NCBI GenBank assembly: GCA_963806225.1
Contig: CAWDXG010000001.1
Location: 544,001-608,000 of the forward strand
Direction of reading: 5' to 3'
Length of the DNA stretch: 64,000 nt
Source: an uncultured delta proteobacterium
GTDB lineage: Bacteria > Myxococcota_A > Polyangia > Polyangiales > Polyangiaceae
In this document: piece by piece, positions 54,858 to 64,000 of the stretch
Numbering within the stretch: the first letter of the stretch is position 1
How the letters are laid out: the number at the start of each line of letters is the position of its first letter
Made by a program: the position numbers and the translations under genes
Notes under the pieces: model-generated
Told to the model about the DNA's origin: nothing
What the model saw: only the letters and a program-made list of their open reading frames with translations
Databases searched by the model: none

Positions 54858-57800
54858 ATGGCACGCATCTCGCTCGCTCGCTCGCTCGCTCGCTTTCCAT
54901 ATTTCTCGGGTTGATCCTCGTCGTGAGCGCCGTTGGATGCGGCCAGAGCGATGTCAGCCGTACTTCCGCCGGGGGTACGGTGAACGACCTCCTCGCCAAT
55001 TCGACGCCGGTCGTCTCCGACTTCTCGGTGCCCGGTGGGAAGAAGAGAATCCTACGTCCTTCAAGGGCGACCGGATCCCGTTGTCGCCGCGCTGACCAAG
55101 GTTCTGGGAAAGGAGTCCGCCCAAGCCGAAATTGTGGTCAATCCGACCACGGCGCAGACTTCCGGAAATTGTACCGCGGGTTCCGGCCATGCATGCCTGA
55201 GGTTGAACGCCACCACGCCGTCTGGTGATGTCGAGTTCTTCGACCCGTCCGCGCACGCATACATCGACCCCCAGCGTTTCACACCGCCGACCAGCACTTT
55301 CCTTTCCTCGACCGAGATCGGCCTGGACCTCACGCAGTTCGAGCCCGGCTCGGACACGATCATCGACCCCGCGGGTTTCTCCTGGCACTTGGCCGCGGCC
55401 CTTCCTGATCGAGACAACGTAAGGGTGCTGATCCGCGCCAAGCCGTCTGAAGCGACTACGGGCATTCGCGACCAGTCGCGCGTTGCTCTCTGGATCCCCT
55501 TCGACGCCGAGGTCGAGGATCCGGCAAATCGGAACCATGCCTGCGGCTGCTTCGGGGGTGCATGCGACACCACCCTACTGGCAGACTGCACGCCCATCGT
55601 CCAGGCCGCGGAGGACTACGGCTGCAACCACGTTGCCCTGAGCATCAAGACGAACCACTTCCGCATCTGGTTCGGGCTGATGCCCCAGAAGATGCCGAAC
55701 TGCGATCCGGTCATCTACGATCACGAGCGCTCATGGATGGCGAATGTGCCGTTCGAGCAGGACTTCGACCAGCCATGCCTGACGGTCGCGCCGGTCATAA
55801 GCCCCGAGATAAACGTCGGCCCCGCCGCTGACGCAGGCGTCGAGCTCCATGTAACGCCCGGGGCGTGCACCCAGATTGACGACGTGGTCTGCGCTACCCT
55901 CGTCGAGTGCAAGGAGAAGGCGACGCAGGCCGGATCCAGGGTGCTAGCGCAGCAGCTATACTCCCGGATCCGTGATAACCTGGAGGCGGACCTGCAGCCG
56001 TATTTCCAGTCCAGCGGTGGCGTTTTCAAGCAGCAGGCTTCGACCCCCTGCTCGCTCCAGGACGGCGGCTGCCCCGTGCCCCAGATGGTCGGGGGATCGC
56101 TCACGGCGATCGGTTTCGGCTGGTTCGCCAACCTTTTCACGAAACCGGACGCACACTTCGACCAGCGCTACCTCATCACCGACGTCGAGCGGCAACACCA
56201 TTGCGAGTACGGGCGCCCGGTAGAAAACGAGTACGGCTTCTACTCCTGCGAGTGTGCGCCGCTGGACCTGGGCTGTCTACTGCACGGTGCTTCTCCTGCG
56301 GTCACCGGGGACATCCGCTTCGACTACGCGGTCGACACCGATGGCGACGGCGTGGACAACCTGGATGACAACTGCCCCAATAGCCCCGACCAGGCCGACG
56401 CGGACGCGGACGGGTACGGCGACGCATGCGATCCTTGCCCGTGTGCGCCGGACGAGCACGCGCTGAACGAGGACAGCAAGTGCGACGTGTGCGACGGGTC
56501 GATCAACGCCTTCTGCGACGGTTACTGCCAGGACAACCCTCCCGACAACTGTCCGTTCGGCATCGAGAATCCCGACCAGGCCAACTGCAACAGACGCGCG
56601 GAAGACGTGCTCGGCCTGCCCACGCGGGGGGACGCATGCGATCCCGTCCCCTGCGCCGCCGCCACCGGCGCGAGCACGGATCTCGTCAGCCAGTTCTCGG
56701 CGCCCCCGGGCAATCCGTGGGTCGCGAGCCAGCTGGTCGAGTGGCGGGGCGTGCAGTGGGGCAACATCAAGCCCGCGACGTCGCTTCTAGCGCGCGGCGA
56801 GACGGAACTGGCGCACTGCAATTGTCCTTCCACAGCGACCGACCTCGATCAGAAGATCGCGAACTGCCGTTCCTTTTTGGATGGATCGAACCGCTGCCAG
56901 ATCGGCAACCACAACGCACTCCCGAACGCGACGTGGAGGTCGGCCAACGGCGCGGAGTGGGTCTCCGAGACGACCACCGTGCCGGGTTCGGGATCCCTCG
57001 CCCGCAACCAGGTCTTCTCCTCCGCCTACGAGCTCAGCGACAAGCTCGCCCAGACAAGGCAGGCCGTCTGGCGTTTCGACCTGGACTTCGACCTCGCCGG
57101 CCAGCCCGACCCAACCGACTTCGACGACATGGTCACCCGCGCCAGCGAGCTGGACGGCCTGGGCTGGGCGCATACGCGGAGCTTCCAGGGCGTGGCGACG
57201 GACACGATCCCCCTCCCCGAAGCAGTGAACCTGCCCGGGGCAAGCTATAGCGACGCGGCCAGCCACTACTTCTCCCAGCGCCCGTCCCCCTTCCAGGTGC
57301 CCAACGTCCCACCGGTGCTGCGCTGCCCGCCGGGGGCACCGTGCGGGTTCAGCGCCTGGCCCGACCAGGTGTGCAAGGTGTGCACCCAGAGCCTGCTGCC
57401 CGGCTGGCTGCTCGTGAGCAGTCCGGCGATCGTAGAGGTCGCCGGCGGGCTCACGAGCGAGGTCACGCACCTGGTGGACCCGAGCCTGGCGACACTCCTC
57501 GAGGATCCGTCACTCCAGCTGGTGCCCTTCGCGGAGCCACACGCCGTTGTGGAGGCCTACGGCAGCTCGCTGGAGGCCGTCACACTCGATCCGACGACGC
57601 TCCAGCGGACGGCGGTCGTCTACGACGGACCGGACGGGCTGGTCGGGTTCCCGCTCAACCGACTCGTGGACGGCGATCCCCCGCCAGAACCGCGCGCCAT
57701 GACGGCGAGCGCCCTGGACGAAATGGTCTACGTGGTGCAGGCCGATCCCGGTCGCGGCGAGCAGCTGCTGGCTCTGTCGCTGGCACAGCCGGGAGTGGCG

Positions 57801-58379
57801 CCAGCGCCGGTGGCGCTCGACGGCGTCGACGAGACGACCGCAACCCCGCTGGCGCTCACGTACCGTGCCGCCGACCGGTCGTTGTATCTGCTCGACCGCA
57901 TCGGAAGCCGCCCCGAAAGCTTCCTCCGCATCCTGCGTGTGGATCCCCGGACTGGCGGTGAGATAGTGCTTGCTCGCTGGCGCTATCGCGGTCGCCACGA
58001 CACGCTCTATCTGTCCTCGGCCACCCCGGGCGAGCTCGTTCTGACCGCCAGCGGGACGCACCGCCACAACACGCTGATGATGACTCTCCTACCGACGGGC
58101 GGCAGTGTTTCCATCACGGGCTGGATCATGAAGCACGGCAGGCTACTCGCACCGCCGGAGACCCGCGGGCAGACCGGCTACAGCATGCTGATGGCTGGTC
58201 GGCACCACGTACCACGGGTCGTGGATGTGCCGGGCAGCTCGCTTCACCGGCCCGCCCGCGAAAGTGCTCACGATGGGTGGCGCAATCACGGACACCCTGA
58301 GCGCGCTCATCGCGGACACGGGAACGACCACGAGCCCTGGAAGCTGCCGGACGACGGATCGCCGGCGTGGTGCGACTGA
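54858..58379 (+). CDS. Large Cys-rich secreted lipoprotein with thrombospondin type-3-like repeats (out of frame at the repeat and near 55045)
   Basis: Signal peptide SIFLGLILVVSAVGC; DTDGDGVDNLDDNCP, DADADGYGDACD and GDACDP; 1114-aa open frame from 55035. Confidence 0.75.
54869..54894 (+). repeat. Tetranucleotide repeat (TCGC)6 in a signal-peptide coding region
   Basis: Read directly; begins a few codons after the ATG at 54858, which follows a GGAGG RBS. Confidence 0.9.
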
Positions 58380-59815
58380 TGCGCACACAGGCGGCCGGCC
58401 TGACGCTGGCGGCGGCCGCCTTGGCTTGGGCGCTGTGGTCCGGCTGCGGGAGCGGCTCTCCGCCGTCCAGCATGTCGACCGGGGGCGGCGCCGGACAGGG
58501 CGGCGTGCCAGCAGATGGCGGCCTGGATTCGGTGGGGTCCGCCGGGGAGAGCGGTCTCGACGCGATGCCCGACGTTGGCTTGCCCTACCCTGGTGCCGAG
58601 GCGTGCCCAGGCAGGCCCGGCTGGTATCGCGCGCCGGGCCTGCCGGCGGGCTGCTTCTCGAGCTGCGTGCCGGATGACCCGAAGCTGCGTGTGCCCCCGT
58701 TGAAGTGGGACGCGCGGGACGACTGGTGCCCAGGGTGTAAATGGCTTGTGACGAGCTGGTGGCCAGGGGCGGGGCCGTACGATAGGCCGGTCCTCGCATT
58801 TGTCCACGGCAGCGGTGCGGGACCCTATCGTGTGGCCATCACCGCACATGAGCCGGACGACAGCTATGTGGTGGGACTTTATGACCCGAGTGGCCAGCCC
58901 GTCTTCGCCTTGCGTGGGGTCATCTCGACATCGTGCGGCGCTGCCCGTCTGGGCACCGGTCAGGACGGGACTTTCGCAATCGCGTACCGTACCGGCCTCT
59001 ACTCCAACCAGCGCTGGATGCTGCGGCCCGCGGATCGAGCCGCCGAGCTGATGAGCGCAACGCAGCCGGGTTTCACGTACGACGAGGCCTTCACCGGCAA
59101 GGATAGTTCTGGTGGCTCCTGGCTCACGGCGGACTGGATCGCCGACCGCTTCACCGGCTTCCTCTCGCTCGCCAACGTCAAGGCCGGCACCGCGACCAAA
59201 GTGAACAGCATGCCCGGCGCGCTGCCGGGCGAGTACGACTCCGCCGTGATCGTGGGCGATGCTGTGTTCGTGCAGCGCTACACGAACAAGTCCGACTGGA
59301 TGATCATCCAGAACGGTACGCTGAAGCCGTTCCTCGGCGGGCCGAACGTCGACATCGATCGATTCGCCACCGACGGGACCTGGATCGTGTGGAACGAAGG
59401 CTCGGAGCTCGTGACCGATCCCAGCGACCCGGGCCGGCTGATGGCGCAACGCCACGACCTGTACCGCTCGCCCTACACCACGGACCCCACGAAGCTCCAG
59501 CGGCAGCTGCTGGTGCCGGACACGCCGCAATTCTACGGCTACTCCACGCTGGCCAACGGCCACTTCACCGACATGTTCTTCGCGGACGCCGACTCGGGCG
59601 GTGCGGTACATGGCGACTCGTTCGTGGCCGACGTCCAGACGGGCCGCGCGTGGGAGAGCCACCTGCCGCAGAACTTCGTCTGGGGCAAGCAGAGCTACCC
59701 CACTGCCACCGAGCTCTGGGGCGGCATCATGCCGAATCTCTACAGTTTCGCGGCTCTCACGATCGCCCGGGTTCCCTATGCGGACATGACCCAGCTCCAG
59801 GCCGCAATGCCGTAG
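58379..59815 (+). CDS. Hypothetical lipoprotein, beta-propeller-like
   Basis: ATG overlaps the upstream TGA; lipobox WSGC; Gly-rich linker. Confidence 0.75.
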   Translation: MRTQAAGLTLAAAALAWALWSGCGSGSPPSSMSTGGGAGQGGVPADGGLDSVGSAGESGLDAMPDVGLPYPGAEACPGRPGWYRAPGLPAGCFSSCVPDDPKLRVPPLKWDARDDWCPGCKWLVTSWWPGAGPYDRPVLAFVHGSGAGPYRVAITAHEPDDSYVVGLYDPSGQPVFALRGVISTSCGAARLGTGQDGTFAIAYRTGLYSNQRWMLRPADRAAELMSATQPGFTYDEAFTGKDSSGGSWLTADWIADRFTGFLSLANVKAGTATKVNSMPGALPGEYDSAVIVGDAVFVQRYTNKSDWMIIQNGTLKPFLGGPNVDIDRFATDGTWIVWNEGSELVTDPSDPGRLMAQRHDLYRSPYTTDPTKLQRQLLVPDTPQFYGYSTLANGHFTDMFFADADSGGAVHGDSFVADVQTGRAWESHLPQNFVWGKQSYPTATELWGGIMPNLYSFAALTIARVPYADMTQLQAAMP

Positions 59816-59844
59816 ACTGGAGGGCGCTCGTCGTCCTTGACTTC

Positions 59845-60534
59845 ATGCTTCTTCCCCTTCCAGTCTGGCTCGGCGTGGCGAGCCTCGCGATGCCGCCGGC
59901 CTCGGCCGCGCCGCCGGCGTCGCCACCCGGTGCATCCGCCGTCGCGTCAGCGCCGTCAGCATCCCATCGCGCCGCGCCGACACGCGTCGCCGAGCGGCCC
60001 GCGTCTCCTGCTCTGCGGAAGCCCGTGCCCCTGCACCTCATCGGTCGGCTGTCTGTCGGCTTCGGCCCGGTGATGCCGAGCGCGCAGGAGGGCGCACTCG
60101 CCACGGATGGCTACGCGGGCGGGCGCTGGCTGTTCATGCTGGACGGCGTCGGCATGCTCGGTCGGCGTTGGGGCCTGGGAGGCTTCCTCGCCGGCGGACT
60201 GCGCAGTGTGAGCGCCGACAACGCCTCGGCGAAGCTTTCGGACAAGCTCTTCTTTGTAGGCCCGGAGGCGATGTTGCTGGCAGGTGACGGCAGCTGCCGT
60301 TTCCCGCTGGTCGGGCGCGTTGGCTACGCTGGCGGTGCGGAAAGTCTGGGCAGCGGCGGTAGATGGCAAAGCGCACCGGCGTTGGGTCTCGAGGCGGGGC
60401 TGCTCTGCCTGCGCTTTCCGGTGGGTGCAGCTGCTGGTGTGCTCTTCGCGCCGGCAGGAGCGCCCGGAGATCAGGGGCGTGCCTGGAACATGGGGAGCTT
60501 TCATGTCTCGATTGTGTTTCATTTCGAGAAGTAG
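59845..60534 (+). CDS. Hypothetical secreted protein, possible small outer-membrane beta-barrel
   Basis: Signal peptide, Pro/Ala linker, amphipathic Gly/aromatic strands, ends SFHVSIVFHFEK. Confidence 0.6.
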   Translation: MLLPLPVWLGVASLAMPPASAAPPASPPGASAVASAPSASHRAAPTRVAERPASPALRKPVPLHLIGRLSVGFGPVMPSAQEGALATDGYAGGRWLFMLDGVGMLGRRWGLGGFLAGGLRSVSADNASAKLSDKLFFVGPEAMLLAGDGSCRFPLVGRVGYAGGAESLGSGGRWQSAPALGLEAGLLCLRFPVGAAAGVLFAPAGAPGDQGRAWNMGSFHVSIVFHFEK

Positions 60535-61000
60535 GCGCCGCACCGTCCTCGCGGTTCTGGCCCTGCTGTCTGCCATCCCTGCGTGCTCGGGGCCCGATCT
60601 CTCGAAGCCGGTGCGGCAGCCGCAGCAGCTCGGCGACCTGTGCGGTGGCAACGCTTGCACCACGACGGGATCGGCACGGCGGACTACTGGTCTGACTTCC
60701 GATACCATCGGCTACCAGCTCGGCCCCGGCGCAGGTTCGCTCGTGCTGGCCAACGCGCCAAGCGGGCTCTCCGTGATGGTGCGCGGTCACGGGACTTTCT
60801 ACGTGGAACAAAGCGGCAACTTCGGCACCGACCATACGGTGCCCTCCGAGTACGCCTGGATAGACATCAACGGTCAGGACGCCGGCAGCACCGACATCAA
60901 GCTGTCCGTGGCCGATGACGGCTCCGGGTTGCGCGTCGCTGATCTGCGTACGACGACGAGTGCGTTCCGTTGCTCCATAGCGGCAGCCGGACCTCGGTGA
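60503..61000 (+). CDS. Hypothetical lipoprotein (165 aa)
   Basis: Lipobox IPAC; a homologous fragment at 38127-38231 supports coding. Confidence 0.7.
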   Translation: MSRLCFISRSRRRTVLAVLALLSAIPACSGPDLSKPVRQPQQLGDLCGGNACTTTGSARRTTGLTSDTIGYQLGPGAGSLVLANAPSGLSVMVRGHGTFYVEQSGNFGTDHTVPSEYAWIDINGQDAGSTDIKLSVADDGSGLRVADLRTTTSAFRCSIAAAGPR

Positions 61001-61007
61001 CTTGCCG

Positions 61008-61475
61008 TGCGCGCCCGGCGAAGTCGGCTACCTGTGGGTGCGTGGCGCCTCGCGCGCCATCCAGTACTGGCATTCCATGCCGAAGACGATGCGCGCCTTC
61101 CGCGGCGAGTGGTACGTCTCGGAAGACATGCTGCGCCGCGACGCCGACGGCTACTTCATCTACTGCGGCCGCGGCGACGACATGCTCAAGGTCGGCGGCA
61201 AGTGGCTCGCGCCGCAGGAAGTCGAGAACTGCCTGCTGCAGCATCCCGCCGTGAAGGAATGCGCCGTGGTCGGCGTGGTCAACGCGGAAGGTCTGGTGAA
61301 GCCGCATGCGTTCGTGATCCCAAGTGAACAGCGCGACGGCCTCGACGAGGAGCTCAAGGCCTTCGTGCGCGAGCGGATGGAGCCGTACAAGGCGCCGCGC
61401 CACGTCGCCATCGTCGACACGCTGCCGCGCACGCATCTCGGCAAGATCGATCGCGGCAAGCTCAGGCAGGGCTGA
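61008..61475 (+). pseudogene. 466-bp direct repeat, copy 2: orphan 3' end of the CoA ligase gene
   Basis: Same sequence as 54075-54540 but ends TGA rather than TAG; no 5' part. Confidence 0.95.
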
Positions 61476-61599
61476 ACCGCGCGGGGATGCCGGATTTCGC
61501 TGGTCATGCCGGCAAGATCGGCACCACTCCGCCGCTCCCTGGCCCGATCGGGTACCAATTTCCTGGCTTCGGGGGCGGCAGGCCCTCTAGGGTGCGCGT

Positions 61600-62670
<1,071 letters not shown>

Positions 62671-62706
62671 TCCAGCTCGCCACCGAACGCCTACGGGGAG
62701 GCTCGC

Positions 62707-63684
62707 TTGCTCGATCTACAGCGTCTGCAGCGCATCAAGCTCGCCACACGGCCGAAGGGCCAGGTCGTCGTGGCCAACCTCGGTCTCTGGCTCGACTACC
62801 GCTTGCCGAAGCGGTCGGAGATCGTGATCGAGGGCAAAGAGCGGCTGCCCCCTGGGGGCGGCGCGTTCCTCGCGATGAACCACACTGATCGCTACAACTA
62901 CTGGCCGCTGCAGTACGCCATGTACCGAGCCGGGCTGCCGTTCACGGCGACGTGGGTGAAGGGAAAGTACTACGAGAACAACCTCGTCGGTCGCTTCATG
63001 GACTCGACGAACAACATCCCGACGCCGTCGCGCGGCTACGTGATCACCACGGAATTCCGGAAGGCAGCCGGTCGCCCGCCGAAGGAAGAGGAGTACCGCG
63101 TCCTCCGTGACCTGGTGGACGGCAAGCGCGCACCCTCGGAGCCGCTCCCGGAAGGCTCGAGCAGCGAGATCGCCGGCTTCATCGGCCAGGACGCGACGCC
63201 GTTCCTCGAGGGGTTCAACCAGCTCTTCGACCAGATGATCCGCGAGGTCATCGAGCTGAACCGCCGCGCCGTCGAGGAGCTCCATCTGGACGTGCTCGTG
63301 TTCCCACAGGGAACCAGGTCCAAGCGCCTTTCGCGCGGGCACAACGGTCTCGCCCAGATGACGCAGTATCTCGGCGCGCCGATCATTCCCATAGGCTGCA
63401 ACGGCAGCGATGGGCTCTATCCCGCGAACTCCCCGTTCTCCAAGGGCGGGCGCGTCGTGTACCGCGTCGGCGAGCCGCTCACCGTGGACGCGCCCGAGCT
63501 TGCGCCGTACCGCGTGCCGAAGGACGTGCTGCCGCTCACCGACGAGGCGAACAAGAAGCACGGCGAGCGCTACAGCGCGATCACGAAGATCGTCATGGAC
63601 CGCATCAACGACCTGCTCGACCCGGAGTACCAGTACGCCGAAGGGCTCGAGGGCGGCACGCAGGGCATGAACCGGTTCGTGTGA
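62707..63684 (+). CDS. PlsC-like lysophospholipid acyltransferase
   Basis: MNHTD and FPQGTRS motifs. Confidence 0.85.
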   Translation: MLDLQRLQRIKLATRPKGQVVVANLGLWLDYRLPKRSEIVIEGKERLPPGGGAFLAMNHTDRYNYWPLQYAMYRAGLPFTATWVKGKYYENNLVGRFMDSTNNIPTPSRGYVITTEFRKAAGRPPKEEEYRVLRDLVDGKRAPSEPLPEGSSSEIAGFIGQDATPFLEGFNQLFDQMIREVIELNRRAVEELHLDVLVFPQGTRSKRLSRGHNGLAQMTQYLGAPIIPIGCNGSDGLYPANSPFSKGGRVVYRVGEPLTVDAPELAPYRVPKDVLPLTDEANKKHGERYSAITKIVMDRINDLLDPEYQYAEGLEGGTQGMNRFV

Positions 63685-63792
63685 TGGCCGGAAGGTCACG
63701 CCGCGCGCGCTGCCACGTCCGCTCCCCCAGGTCGCGGGCTTGACCGTCCGGGTGCGGTTCGCTACGGACGCCCTTCCTGCCGAGGAGGCATC

Positions 63793-64000
63793 TTGGGCGC
63801 GCTCGCCGGTTCTCTCACCTTCACCCGCTTTTTCGTCCGCGGCGAGCTGCCGACGCGCTTCCGCGACAAGTTCGTCGAGTCCATCCGGCTCCGCACCTTC
63901 GAGCCGCTGACGCCCGAGAGCGAGGACCAGGAACACGTCGGCTGGTGCGCGGTCGGTCGCGTGCTGGACCTGGAGCTCGATCACGAGAAGGTGTTCTACA
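63793..64000 (+). CDS. RdgC-like recombination-associated protein, 3'-partial
   Basis: GAGGAGG RBS, TTG start; MGALAGSLTFTRF...FEPLTP.....VGW pattern; not in the ORF track because it runs off the window. Confidence 0.6.
   Translation, partial: MGALAGSLTFTRFFVRGELPTRFRDKFVESIRLRTFEPLTPESEDQEHVGWCAVGRVLDLELDHEKVFY

Larger units (their letters stand above)
54541..61007 (+). mobile_element. Putative inserted four-gene cassette bounded by 466-bp direct repeats
   Basis: Flanking repeats, AT-richer leader, co-oriented secreted-protein genes; no recombinase inside. Confidence 0.6.

Noticed and set aside
61002..61475. 157-aa ORF as an independent gene
   Set aside because: It is the duplicated ligase 3' end with a chance TTG start and no RBS.

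Overview
A very GC-rich bacterial window. Gene content (VWA-type lipoproteins with Gly/Ser/Ala tethers, FHA-GGDEF, FG-GAP proteins, an MglA-like and an RdgC-like gene) points to a myxobacterium, probably Polyangiales-like; this is an inference. About 55 genes are present: assorted enzymes and transporters, an arsR-arsD-arsA operon, an ice-binding (DUF3494-like) protein, and a scattered set of aromatic-CoA (abm-like) catabolic genes. At least 11 genes are broken, mostly by single-base insertions that look like long-read assembly errors. Main observations: (1) an integrase-free 6.5 kb four-gene surface-protein cassette bracketed by an apparently identical 466 bp duplication of the 3' end of a benzoate-CoA-ligase-family gene; (2) a (TCGC)6 repeat that puts the signal peptide of the cassette's first gene out of frame; (3) scrambled remnants of a related cassette at about 38 kb; (4) an internally deleted group II intron whose EBS1 matches, and which sits inside, the arm of a REP-like hairpin; (5) an MglA-like protein with no P-loop and an M29-like peptidase that lacks its metal ligands. 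No rRNA, tRNA or CRISPR array was seen. All calls come from reading motifs by eye; no database searches were run.
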